A stretch of DNA of 64,000 nucleotides from a bacterium (GTDB taxonomy: Bacteria > Patescibacteriota > WWE3 > 2-01-FULL-39-13 > JAACPI01), in NCBI GenBank assembly GCA_009995545.1, contig JAACPI010000002.1, positions 78,316-142,315 on the forward strand. Reading direction: 5' to 3'. Below the pieces are notes generated by a model. The model was not told the DNA's origin and searched no databases. It saw nothing but the letters and a program-made list of their open reading frames with translations. How positions within the stretch are numbered: position 1 is the first letter of the stretch; each line of letters begins with the position of its first letter. The position numbers were made by a program, and so were the translations under genes. Of the stretch, positions 8,957 through 18,098 are shown piece by piece.

Positions 8957-9487
8957 CTACCTAAACTTTTCTATAATACCTTTTAAAACACCTAAGGTTA
9001 TTTGGTATTCATTAGAATCAATTTCTCTATAATCTCTTCTAATTTCTGCTTCTAAAGCGGAGATTTTAAATTCATTCAAATGTTCACAAATAGTTAATTG
9101 AGAATCATTAATAAAATTTGCCTGATTTAGATTTGTAAGAATTTTTGAGTGCAGGCCTGTAAAAGTTTTGTTGGGATAAAAAACAACCTCCTTTTCGTAA
9201 TCAATTTTTTTACCATGGACATCTAAAACTAAGTCTATCTTATTTTTAGTTACAAGTTTAAACAATTCAATACGAAATTCTGAATCTTTATACCAGTTAG
9301 GGTCTTTTTGAACAGAAGTAGAAATAATACCCCAACAGCCGGTGGCACTACATAATTCATTTACAATTTGTCCAGTATTTGTATCTCTAGACTTTATTCT
9401 GTCGTTTCTAATTTGAGGAAAGTTATGCGGAGCAGACAAAAGAACAGGGATAGAACCTTTTATAATTTTAAACAGTTCGTTAGACAT
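8957..9487 (-). CDS. Putative metal-dependent amidohydrolase (N-formylglutamate amidohydrolase / gamma-glutamyl hydrolase-like fold), hypothetical
   Basis: 176 aa. PVLLSAPHNF and LVLDVHGKK resemble the SxPH / DxHG metal-ligand motifs of FGase-type hydrolases. Weak family assignment. Confidence 0.3.
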   Translation of the reverse strand: MSNELFKIIKGSIPVLLSAPHNFPQIRNDRIKSRDTNTGQIVNELCSATGCWGIISTSVQKDPNWYKDSEFRIELFKLVTKNKIDLVLDVHGKKIDYEKEVVFYPNKTFTGLHSKILTNLNQANFINDSQLTICEHLNEFKISALEAEIRRDYREIDSNEYQITLGVLKGIIEKFR

Positions 9488-10252
9488 TTATGGTTTAGTT
9501 TTAAGTTTAAAAAAACTAATTACCTCCTCGGAAAATTTACGATTAATTACCGAAGATAATTTAGAGGTTGTAAAATTTTTTGGTAGGTGGCTAATATTAA
9601 CCATACTAATTTTTATATTAGGTTTATTATTTTTATTTAAATTATCTTTTAAATACTGACCTTTTAGTACCCCATCTTTGACCCCAACCACATAATATAT
9701 GGGCAAATCTGAACTTAATATTTGCTTTTTAATGCCTAAAACCATTTTAGCCAAAAAGAACCATGTTTTATGATCAATTTCTTTATCAACAATTTTTAGC
9801 TGTGTCGAAGAAACCGAGTACAACAGATACTTTTGAAAAAAAGTAGTATTCCAAACCCAATCCTGTAACTTTAAAAACTCTAATAATTTAATTGAATACA
9901 GGCCGACATATTTAATAAAAAAGTTAGCATCTAGGGCATCTCTTCCTGCACAGGGAAAAATAGGTAAATAACCCACACAATTTTTATTAACTTTTAAACC
10001 TGGCAAAAATAAGTAACCTAAAGATACACTACCCAAAATATATTTTTTATTTTTTCCTACAAAGTCAATTTCATTTTGAAAGTACTTAACTAACTCTTTA
10101 TAAGAAAGATCTTGCAATGGGGGGACAGAATCTATAAATCCAGGTATTTCAATGTAATGAACCTCAAAATATTTGTTAAGTAATAACAGAACATCTTTCA
10201 TTAGTATTCTGTCTACTCCCTCACCAGATAGCAATATTAAAGGGACTTTCAT
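9488..10252 (-). CDS. Alpha/beta-fold hydrolase (GxSxG nucleophile elbow)
   Basis: 254 aa. YILGSVSLGYLF fits GxSxG. No gap to the flanking genes (9487/9488, 10252/10253). Confidence 0.45.
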   Translation of the reverse strand: MKVPLILLSGEGVDRILMKDVLLLLNKYFEVHYIEIPGFIDSVPPLQDLSYKELVKYFQNEIDFVGKNKKYILGSVSLGYLFLPGLKVNKNCVGYLPIFPCAGRDALDANFFIKYVGLYSIKLLEFLKLQDWVWNTTFFQKYLLYSVSSTQLKIVDKEIDHKTWFFLAKMVLGIKKQILSSDLPIYYVVGVKDGVLKGQYLKDNLNKNNKPNIKISMVNISHLPKNFTTSKLSSVINRKFSEEVISFFKLKTKP

Positions 10253-10666
10253 TTAGTTATGTAAAAGATTAAAACGATTCGAGACAATATAAACAACCCA
10301 AGAGACCAAAGTAGCCACTGTGGCACCCCAAAACAAATCAATAATAGTAACTACCAGAGGCCAGTCTTTTACCAAAGAATAATTTGTTAAATCATAAGTA
10401 GCATAAGTTATAAAACCAAAAAAAGCGGCGGATATAAGTAAATTTTTTAATGACCTAACTTTAAGAGCAGGGTAAATAACAAATACAATTAGTGCCAGGG
10501 CAAAGGCTATATAAAAAATCAACGCGGGGACTATTAAAAAATTTTCCCTCATAATATATCCCAGCTGTTCTTTATAAAAATTTTTGGATATAACACCCAA
10601 CCAAATTGCATCAAAAAATAAAAAAGTCGAGAGAGTTAGAAAATAAATTTTAGTTAAAGCACCCAT
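10253..10666 (-). CDS. Small polytopic membrane protein (4 TM; DUF2177-like)
   Basis: 137 aa, four hydrophobic helices. First gene of a 3-gene zero-spacer operon. Confidence 0.5.
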   Translation of the reverse strand: MGALTKIYFLTLSTFLFFDAIWLGVISKNFYKEQLGYIMRENFLIVPALIFYIAFALALIVFVIYPALKVRSLKNLLISAAFFGFITYATYDLTNYSLVKDWPLVVTIIDLFWGATVATLVSWVVYIVSNRFNLLHN

Positions 10667-10765
10667 ATAAGAAATAGAAAGAAAATTTAGCTAAAGACTC
10701 GTCAAAGTGATCTCTAGATATGTTGTTATGATATCATTTATTTAAAGTATTAAATAAATATTAAT

Positions 10766-11635
10766 ATGTCCCTAACCCCTTTTAGGATTGAAGATCCGAT
10801 GGAAATTGACGCTATAAGATCCTTAGTAGAGGAGACACCGGTGCAACGACCAGATGTTGTAACCCCCTATATAGATAAACCTATTAGAAGAGTAGAGGGC
10901 CAACCAATAATATCCGAAGATCCCCTGTGGGGAGATTCTTATTTTTTCATCCAGGGTTCTCTCCTAAACGGCCCTCGGCTAAGGGAAACTTATTATGGCA
11001 GGAACGAAAAGGGTTACCCGACATGTATCCTAATTCACCAAGAAAAGCAAAAACCAGGAGATCTTGCCGACACCCAAGCCTACTACAAACTAGAGGAGGC
11101 ATTGGAAAAACCTATAAACTGGGGTCTGGTGAAAAATTCTAGAGAAATACTTGCCGAAACAAGGCTCTGGGGACATTCAATAGATTCAAAACCATTGCCC
11201 GGAGAAAGATACCCGGGCTTTAACGGCTCAGGAGAGGACATTATACGAATCTTCCAGTTTGGACTCTGGCCAGCTAAAGGTCAAAAATGCCCGTGGTTGA
11301 GTGATTTTAGAATGGGGGCGGCAGGTGTTAGTGGTTTTCAGGCGGGACTTAAATTTGATGGTTTAGCAGTGGCGATGAAAAAGGGAACACCCTTAATACT
11401 TAATGATAAAAACGAGGGTTTTATAGCCCCAGCAGAATTACTATTTATACTACCAAATAGAGAAGCTGCTGAAGCATTAAAGGAATTTGTAAGAACAAAT
11501 CTCGGCTCGATATTTAGTAACGGTACTATACACCAAAAAAGGCTAGAATTAAGTGAAGATTTTTTAGAAAAAAGAATAATTTCAATCGAAGATGAAGACT
11601 TTAAGGAGGAAGTCCTAAAATTTAAGGATTCTTAA
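10766..11635 (+). CDS. Hypothetical protein (no recognisable domain); GC-elevated relative to flanks
   Basis: 289-aa ORF with coherent codon usage and no internal stops. ~43% GC. Confidence 0.4.
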   Translation: MSLTPFRIEDPMEIDAIRSLVEETPVQRPDVVTPYIDKPIRRVEGQPIISEDPLWGDSYFFIQGSLLNGPRLRETYYGRNEKGYPTCILIHQEKQKPGDLADTQAYYKLEEALEKPINWGLVKNSREILAETRLWGHSIDSKPLPGERYPGFNGSGEDIIRIFQFGLWPAKGQKCPWLSDFRMGAAGVSGFQAGLKFDGLAVAMKKGTPLILNDKNEGFIAPAELLFILPNREAAEALKEFVRTNLGSIFSNGTIHQKRLELSEDFLEKRIISIEDEDFKEEVLKFKDS

Positions 11636-11636
11636 A

Positions 11637-11927
11637 CTAAGTTAAAAAATAACTGGGTAATTGTCGGCCGGTTTCTTCTAAAATATTTTTTCGTTTCTCT
11701 GTAGGTATTGTTTTTGCAAAGTTACTAATTTGCGTGCGCATTTCGTCTAACTTTTTATTATATTCGTTACTTATTGATAAGAATTCTCCAGGAGGTAAAA
11801 GAGATCTGAAGTTATCCGCTATTACTTCTCCCAATACTAAGTTTTTAAATAAACTTAACCTATCATCAGTTCTTACAGTCAGAGTTAAATTTAGAAGTTC
11901 CTGTAAATTGTTTAGAGTTGGAAACAT
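11637..11927 (-). CDS. Hypothetical small protein
   Basis: 96-aa ORF convergent on the previous gene; no motif. Confidence 0.25.
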   Translation of the reverse strand: MFPTLNNLQELLNLTLTVRTDDRLSLFKNLVLGEVIADNFRSLLPPGEFLSISNEYNKKLDEMRTQISNFAKTIPTEKRKNILEETGRQLPSYFLT

Positions 11928-11990
11928 ATCATTAGTTTAGCAAAAAAAGATTAAAAAGACTTTTTTATTACCTTATATTAAACTTTGTGA

Positions 11991-12845
11991 ATGATATGGA
12001 TTACTTATGCATTTTCTTCTGTAGCATTTTTTGTTGTACTAAATCTTCTTTCAAAAGTCTTAATGAAAGACAGCAAAGATACAAGAGCTTTTGCTTTTAT
12101 TTTTAATTGTATAAGTGCCGCTTTTGCACTAACTATTTTTATAGCATCCTCTGGATATAAGAATTTACCAGATAATTATTCAACAATCGCTCTGACAGTT
12201 TTACTAATTTCCTCATTAAGTTATGGGCTTTTTGAAAGGTTTAAATGGTACGCGATTAAACACACCGAAATTTCTGTAAATACAGTTATAGTTTCTTTGG
12301 CAACTCCTTTAGCCTTTTTATCAGCAATATTTTTATATAACGAAAGTATAAATGTATACAAAGTTGTTGGCACAGTTTTAGTTGTTATAGCTGTCTTTTT
12401 TACAACTAGTAGGGCAAAGGGCAAGAGCACTACCAAGGGCTTGCTAACCTCTTTTTTTACTATGGCTCTAATTGCTGTAGCTTGGAGTTTTGATAAAATG
12501 GGCAGCCAACTATATACTCCAGAATTTTTTAATATTTTGGTTTGGACCTTCCCTATTCTTTTTATAGTTTTTCCTAAGATAAAAATTCAAAATATAAAGA
12601 TTGAGTGGAAAATCAACAATTATAAAATTGTTTTAATATCTTTTTTAAATGTAATAGGCTACTACTTAAATTTAAAAGCACTTCAAATTGCCGAAGCCAC
12701 GAGGGTAATTCCAATAATTGAATCTTCTGTAATTATTACAGTTATTGCGGGAGTATTTTTACTTAAAGAAAAAGATAGTTTAAGCAAAAAAATTATCGCA
12801 GCAATTTTATCTTTTGTAGGGATAATTTTATTAACTTTTAGATAG
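11991..12845 (+). CDS. EamA/DMT-superfamily permease (10 TM)
   Basis: 284 aa. Two ~140-aa halves each with 4-5 TM helices, typical of the drug/metabolite transporter fold. Confidence 0.65.
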   Translation: MIWITYAFSSVAFFVVLNLLSKVLMKDSKDTRAFAFIFNCISAAFALTIFIASSGYKNLPDNYSTIALTVLLISSLSYGLFERFKWYAIKHTEISVNTVIVSLATPLAFLSAIFLYNESINVYKVVGTVLVVIAVFFTTSRAKGKSTTKGLLTSFFTMALIAVAWSFDKMGSQLYTPEFFNILVWTFPILFIVFPKIKIQNIKIEWKINNYKIVLISFLNVIGYYLNLKALQIAEATRVIPIIESSVIITVIAGVFLLKEKDSLSKKIIAAILSFVGIILLTFR

Positions 12846-12897
12846 AAAATTTTATACCAATGACTATATTTGATATTTTTAGTGTAAAATTATTTTA

Positions 12898-14109
12898 ATG
12901 ACAGAATCAACTTCACAATTTTCATCGGAGACGGAAGTTCAAAAAGCTGAAATCACTACGGCTATTGAAAACAGCTCGCATGGTGAGGATAGACTTAAGG
13001 TTCTTGAGCACCCAAATTCCTCGGCTAGCACTGTAATTTTATGTGATGGGGCGACAGCAAAAAAGGACGGTGCAGGTGGCAGGGCTGCTGAGGCTGTTAT
13101 AAATTATTTAGGACAGGCCCTAAATGATTTGCAACAATCCCACGGTGAAGATCTAGAGATTTTTGCAGACAACTTAGTAAAGGAAGTAGTAAAAGCAAGT
13201 AGTGTGGCACAAAGAGAGGGTGGACAAACAACTGTAAGTATCGTACATAGTTTTGGCCCCATTAAAGAAAACCCTAGTAAACATAAATTTTTAGTGTGTG
13301 CTACAGATGATTCCCCTATAATTATTTACGATCCAAAAAGCGGAAGATTTAGAAGATACCCCGCACCTCCAGAAAAGGTACTTTTAAAAGAAACATTAAG
13401 TGACAAATCTATCTATACCGGAGAAATGGGTGGACAAACTGCTTATGAGTGGTTAGATAACTCGGTGGAACCTCCAAAAAATAGGCAAGAAGAGGCCTTA
13501 AATAAGAGCAGAAGAAGAATACGAAACTATCTAGGAGGAGACAGGCCACCAACCCCGGATGTTCAATGGTTAAACTTACCGGACACAGCAGTGATTTTTG
13601 TTGGATCCGATGGTATAACAGATGTCCTCCCAATTGAAACCACGGAGGCATCCAAAAAAAGAGGTATTTTTAGTATTACGGAATTAATGGCACAAGGAAA
13701 AGATGCTTCACAAATATTGGAGTACGCGGTTAAAGTAGCTGCCCAAGGAAAGGAAAATTATTTTAGAGCAAAAAGGGATGACAGGTCTTGCGCGGTTATT
13801 ACGATGCCCAAAGCTAAAAACTTTTTTGGCAGAGCAGGAAAAATATTAAGAGAGACCTTTATAAGAGCAACAAAAGGCGTAAGAACACTGGCTACCTATA
13901 GTGAAATAGTTGCAAGTAGTCCAACAGCAACAAAAAAAGGGGAAACTGCAGATAATAGCCCATTCCAGGATATTGATACAATAATAAGAACATCTGGAGA
14001 CGTGGCAGAAGCAAATCGAAAGATACTCGAAATATACGAGAGAGGAACTCCTGGGTATGAATATTGGATGCGAAATACGGATAAATTTTCTATCGGATCA
14101 AAAAATTAA
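12898..14109 (+). CDS. PP2C-family Ser/Thr protein phosphatase domain protein with C-terminal extension
   Basis: VILCDGATAKKDGAGGRAAE (PP2C motif 1-2 'DGhGG'), GGQTTVSIVH, IFVGSDGITDVL (motif 8 'sDGlwd'), DDRSCAVITM (motif 11). 403 aa; ~43% GC. Confidence 0.6.
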   Translation: MTESTSQFSSETEVQKAEITTAIENSSHGEDRLKVLEHPNSSASTVILCDGATAKKDGAGGRAAEAVINYLGQALNDLQQSHGEDLEIFADNLVKEVVKASSVAQREGGQTTVSIVHSFGPIKENPSKHKFLVCATDDSPIIIYDPKSGRFRRYPAPPEKVLLKETLSDKSIYTGEMGGQTAYEWLDNSVEPPKNRQEEALNKSRRRIRNYLGGDRPPTPDVQWLNLPDTAVIFVGSDGITDVLPIETTEASKKRGIFSITELMAQGKDASQILEYAVKVAAQGKENYFRAKRDDRSCAVITMPKAKNFFGRAGKILRETFIRATKGVRTLATYSEIVASSPTATKKGETADNSPFQDIDTIIRTSGDVAEANRKILEIYERGTPGYEYWMRNTDKFSIGSKN

Positions 14110-14196
14110 GATCACATCGGCAGTATTAATTAAGTGTCTTAAAAACCAAATTCAAATTTAGACTCAGTCTATTTTTTGGAGGTAGTAGACAGGAAT

Positions 14197-15063
14197 CTAT
14201 AATACTTTATCAAGTAACTGCAATATTTCGTCATTTAAAAAATGGGTTCTGCCAATTAAAGACCCCAGCTGCAGGTCTCTAGTTAAATCCAAGGGTTCCC
14301 TGTTTTTAGCTTGACCCCTCCCATTTAACTGATTATCCACAGCCTCTTTAAATTGCCTTCTCAATTCTCCTACTCTCTCTAAAGCCTTTAAGTCATTTTC
14401 GTTAGGTGTACGATCAGCGGATAACTGATTCCACCTATCGGCTGAAAGGACCTCATTTATAGCAGAATACCTACCAGCAACCAAGGCTACATAGGCGTCG
14501 GAGCTCTGAGTACATTCTGCAACAGTACTTTTTAACGTAGCCTTTAAACCATCCCTCGTGAGTTCAGGTTGTTTAGGGTCTCTTTTTAAGTTGTAACTAG
14601 TTATATAGGCATCCGGATCTTGTAAAATAGCATCTAATTCGTAAGATTTAACTGCTAATTGTTGAGGTAAAGGAATTTCCGGAGTGGGGTTTTGGGTCGC
14701 AGCCCTTAGTTCATTTAGTCTATAGTCAAGATTACGGAAAGAATTTATCACAGCAGTGCCTGGCAAATCCTCCTCCGTCCAAGACGGAAAAGTTTCACCA
14801 GTGTTTGTATCTATAGTAGATAAAGTACTGTTGTTAAAGATAACGGCTGAGGGAAAAATGAGGGTGGTGGTTGTGCCGAAATCTTTATATGCAGCCTTAA
14901 GCTTTTCTACCGCCTCTGCTCTTTCAACAGCCCCACTGTCGGTGGAATCACCCGAGGGCTTAGTTACAGAAGGAATAAATTCCTCACCGCCAATAGCTAT
15001 TGAAGTTACAGAGGATCTTACCTCGGCTTCTAAAAGACTAAGATTCGGATCTAATTCAGTCAT
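14197..15063 (-). CDS. Hypothetical protein (island gene)
   Basis: 288-aa ORF, ~42% GC, no recognisable motif. Last gene of a long minus-strand gene string. Confidence 0.4.
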   Translation of the reverse strand: MTELDPNLSLLEAEVRSSVTSIAIGGEEFIPSVTKPSGDSTDSGAVERAEAVEKLKAAYKDFGTTTTLIFPSAVIFNNSTLSTIDTNTGETFPSWTEEDLPGTAVINSFRNLDYRLNELRAATQNPTPEIPLPQQLAVKSYELDAILQDPDAYITSYNLKRDPKQPELTRDGLKATLKSTVAECTQSSDAYVALVAGRYSAINEVLSADRWNQLSADRTPNENDLKALERVGELRRQFKEAVDNQLNGRGQAKNREPLDLTRDLQLGSLIGRTHFLNDEILQLLDKVL

Positions 15064-15298
15064 ACAGGCAGTTAAATTAATTACAAACTATAACATTATT
15101 ATATAGCAAACAAAAAAATTATAAACTTTATACCAACTGACTGAACAGTTTTAAAGTATTGTGAATTTTAGGATTGTGAATCTTAATTCTAGTAAAATAC
15201 CTTATAAATCCAATATTTCCCTAAGTATGTATTTAAAGATTAGCTTTACCAAAGCATAAGTTTAACAATATATAAAGATCCTGGAAGCTAAATAATTT

Positions 15299-16168
15299 TT
15301 ATTTTTTAGGGCGGTAAAAATCACCCATCAACTCTGTGTATGCTTGCCAAAATTCAGTTGGACTTAGCTTGTTACTGTAATGTGCGTAAATTAAAAGGTT
15401 AATTTCAGGCCTTATATCTAAAATGGGCGGCCAAACTCTTGCTAAATTTGCACAAAGATCTACAGCATCCTCACCAGCTAAGACTATTCTTAATCTGTTA
15501 TCTCTATCAGAACCTATTCGCTTAATAAATTTTTCTTCCGGATACATATTTTTAAAAATCCTGTGCAAGTGACTTTCCCTCTTAAAATCAAGTTGAATTC
15601 TGGTGTCCCCGTTAGGATCATGCTTTTTAGTAGGTTTAACTACTCTTATTGCACCTCTATCAGTAGCTAATATCCCTGCCAAAATAGCGAGGTGAAAATC
15701 TGATACATCTTCAATTAATAATGCAGACTCTACCACTTCCCTAGAGTAGTCAATTAAGCCTTTGAAATAATCCGTTCTTTCGTTCTCAACAACCACCAAC
15801 AAGGTATATTGGGGACTAGATTTTTTTCCGTAGCTTAAAACCGCTGTCTTCGCAAAACTAGGCACTACCTTAGAAAGAACAGAAAAAAATGCGGGGCGTG
15901 TTGTATCAGCCTTTACCTGAGGAACCCTTCTTTCTGGTTTCCCCTTTTCAGCTTTATTGTAGATTCCAAAATGTAAGGATTGATCCACCATACCTGCTTG
16001 AAAGTAGGGATAAAGAGGGTGATCAAAATACTCTCCCAAAGACTCAACAACAGCTCTATCGGGAACAAAATCTTGGGGGTTAACAGGTAAAGGCTCCTTA
16101 GCTTTTAAATGATCGGGCTCGCTTGGAATAAATTCGGTATTAAACTTTTCTAAATCCATAGTATACAA
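15299..16168 (-). CDS. Hypothetical protein (island gene)
   Basis: 289-aa ORF, no recognisable motif. Confidence 0.4.
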   Translation of the reverse strand: MYTMDLEKFNTEFIPSEPDHLKAKEPLPVNPQDFVPDRAVVESLGEYFDHPLYPYFQAGMVDQSLHFGIYNKAEKGKPERRVPQVKADTTRPAFFSVLSKVVPSFAKTAVLSYGKKSSPQYTLLVVVENERTDYFKGLIDYSREVVESALLIEDVSDFHLAILAGILATDRGAIRVVKPTKKHDPNGDTRIQLDFKRESHLHRIFKNMYPEEKFIKRIGSDRDNRLRIVLAGEDAVDLCANLARVWPPILDIRPEINLLIYAHYSNKLSPTEFWQAYTELMGDFYRPKK

Positions 16169-16264
16169 ATATTATATACTATAGGTTATCATTTAGCCTA
16201 ATCTTTGTCAATACAGGTTTAAAAGTGGGTCTGGGTTGAAACTGAAAAATAAGTAGGAAATATC

Positions 16265-16969
16265 TTAAGTTAAAGAAGATATTGAATCAGCTTTATCCTC
16301 AATAAACACCTTGGTAACCAAATCAATAATTTTCTGGGTTTTGATATACCCTTCGGCACTTAATCTTTCTATTTTTGACCTATATATTTGACTGGTCTCC
16401 CCGATTTGTCGATTTAGGTATTGACCGACGATAGCCTCAATTTCAGCAATAACGGGTCTCGAGAAGGTTAAAAAAAGGTTTCTTTGTCCTGTATTAAAAT
16501 TCAAGACTCTAATTAGGGCTGCCCCTATTTCCTCTTTTTTTAAAGGTTCCATCCCCCGATCACTGCGCTGCTTATTTAAAGCTTCCAAGGAACCTTCAGG
16601 ATTTTCTAAAAAACTTCTTATATTCTTGGGATTCATTACCATACCTGTATTTTGATCTCCAAATTTAACAGAACTATCCATACCGGGTAACTGTTTTAAT
16701 AAGGGGTCGACCCTCTTTAAGGTAGCAGAGCTGTTAGCTAAGTCATGGGCATTAACGGAGTAAGCGGCCCTCTCTCTTTGATAGCCCTTAGGGTAATCTG
16801 CGTACTCATCCAAAAGTAACAATAAGTTTTCCTCATCCTCCCCAAGAACTGTTTCTTGTTTAATAGAAGTAATTTTTTCAGGTACCGCACTTTCAGAAGC
16901 CTCCGTTTCTGGTTCAACGGGAGGTTCGGGAGTAGGGGCTGGAGAAATTCTAGGTAAAATATCAGGCAT
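16265..16969 (-). CDS. Hypothetical protein with Pro/Glu-rich N-terminal low-complexity segment
   Basis: 234 aa. N-terminus PAPTPEPPVEPETEASES. Confidence 0.4.
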   Translation of the reverse strand: MPDILPRISPAPTPEPPVEPETEASESAVPEKITSIKQETVLGEDEENLLLLLDEYADYPKGYQRERAAYSVNAHDLANSSATLKRVDPLLKQLPGMDSSVKFGDQNTGMVMNPKNIRSFLENPEGSLEALNKQRSDRGMEPLKKEEIGAALIRVLNFNTGQRNLFLTFSRPVIAEIEAIVGQYLNRQIGETSQIYRSKIERLSAEGYIKTQKIIDLVTKVFIEDKADSISSLT

Positions 16970-17012
16970 AATAAGGTTAATTTATATTAGAATTATATCA
17001 AACAAAAACAGC

Positions 17013-17549
17013 TTAAAAAACAACCGGTATAGTAAGGTTTATGTCTTTTTCTGCAAGACCGGATGGATTACTTTTTTGTAAAACTAACTCCCCTCGTTTT
17101 ATATCAGGAGATGTAAAACTTAGTTCAACTGAGAAATCGATAAAATCAGAATTCATCCAGTCTTCATTGGTTGTTACTAAACTATGCGTAATCTCCGTAC
17201 CGGAGGAGTCATTTAAGGTAATTAAAAAACTTCCTTCAAAAAACCAGCTACCTCTTGCCTTACCTTTTACAGTTAAAGGGCTGGTTATTAAAGTGTCTTT
17301 TATGGGATATTCCAGCATAATTTGATCTGAAAGATCGCTGTTTGCAATTTGTTGTACAAAAGTTTGTCCGTTATAGGTACACTGAGCAGGGTACATCAAA
17401 GTAATTTGTCCGTTAACCTGCACACACTCATCATAATTTGTAACTGAAGGGCTAATTACCTCAGAACTGAATAAGGGTAAACCAAAATAAACACCTAATC
17501 CAAATAATAGGGACAAGATTAAATAAAGAGATTTTTTGTTTATATTCAT
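17013..17549 (-). CDS. Secreted/membrane-anchored hypothetical protein (signal peptide)
   Basis: 178 aa. KKSLYLILSLLFGLGVYFGLPLFSS signal/anchor. Confidence 0.4.
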   Translation of the reverse strand: MNINKKSLYLILSLLFGLGVYFGLPLFSSEVISPSVTNYDECVQVNGQITLMYPAQCTYNGQTFVQQIANSDLSDQIMLEYPIKDTLITSPLTVKGKARGSWFFEGSFLITLNDSSGTEITHSLVTTNEDWMNSDFIDFSVELSFTSPDIKRGELVLQKSNPSGLAEKDINLTIPVVF

Positions 17550-17570
17550 AAAATAATTATAGTAGATAAT

Positions 17571-18098
17571 TTAAAATACCCTACTATCATAAGCCCAGTG
17601 TAATAAGGCTTGTCTTTGCCTTGGTCTGCAAGTTAAATCACCAGGCAAGCAATTTTTTGCAACTTGAGCCACGTGTCTATTCATTGCCTTCCATCGCTTA
17701 ATCTGACGGTCATCCTCACCGGTTAACCTTCTTCCCATGTAATACCTACAATACCACTGAAACCAGCCACGGGGATCATGTTCGCTGTTTATCCAGCCTT
17801 TTTTAACCCAAACGCTCAATGGTTGCGATGCGTCAACTTTAAAAAAGTTAAGATCTCTGCTGTGTCCAAAAACCCCTTGTGGATGAAATCTTACATTTAA
17901 AAACCAATCAGAGGGAAACTCATTTTTACAATCACGCATATATCTACCACCAAAAACCCCCATTTGTAACATTTGTTTTGGAGTTAAGTCTGGTTTAAAA
18001 TCGATAGCAAAATTTTTACCTACAGGTTCTGTTAAAGAGTAAACATAACTCTCTTGCATTTTATCGTTAACCAAAATATCGCCAGTTACTTTAAGCAT
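17571..18098 (-). CDS. Conserved Trp/Arg-rich hypothetical protein
   Basis: 175 aa. Strikingly conserved-looking block GWFQWYCRYYMGRRLTGEDDRQIKRWKAM. Start overlaps the upstream DUF1295 gene by 8 nt. Confidence 0.45.
   Translation of the reverse strand: MLKVTGDILVNDKMQESYVYSLTEPVGKNFAIDFKPDLTPKQMLQMGVFGGRYMRDCKNEFPSDWFLNVRFHPQGVFGHSRDLNFFKVDASQPLSVWVKKGWINSEHDPRGWFQWYCRYYMGRRLTGEDDRQIKRWKAMNRHVAQVAKNCLPGDLTCRPRQRQALLHWAYDSRVF

Noticed and set aside
12221-13651. ORFs 12221..12436(-) inside the EamA gene and 13409..13651(-) inside the PP2C gene; 14756..15106(+), 15889..16083(+), 17041..17325(+), 19163..19351(+), 23050..23244(-), 25031..25288(+), 26065..26934(-), 27945..28133(+), 28331..28528(+), 43865..44277(+), 45825..46031(-), 47356..47583(+), 48342..48542(+), 53959..54141(-), 54495..54695(+), 55735..55947(-), 56875..57072(+), 58192..58386(-), 62417..62605(+), 63727..63927(-)
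   Set aside because: All are nested antisense or out-of-frame ORFs inside longer, better-supported genes. None has independent motif evidence.
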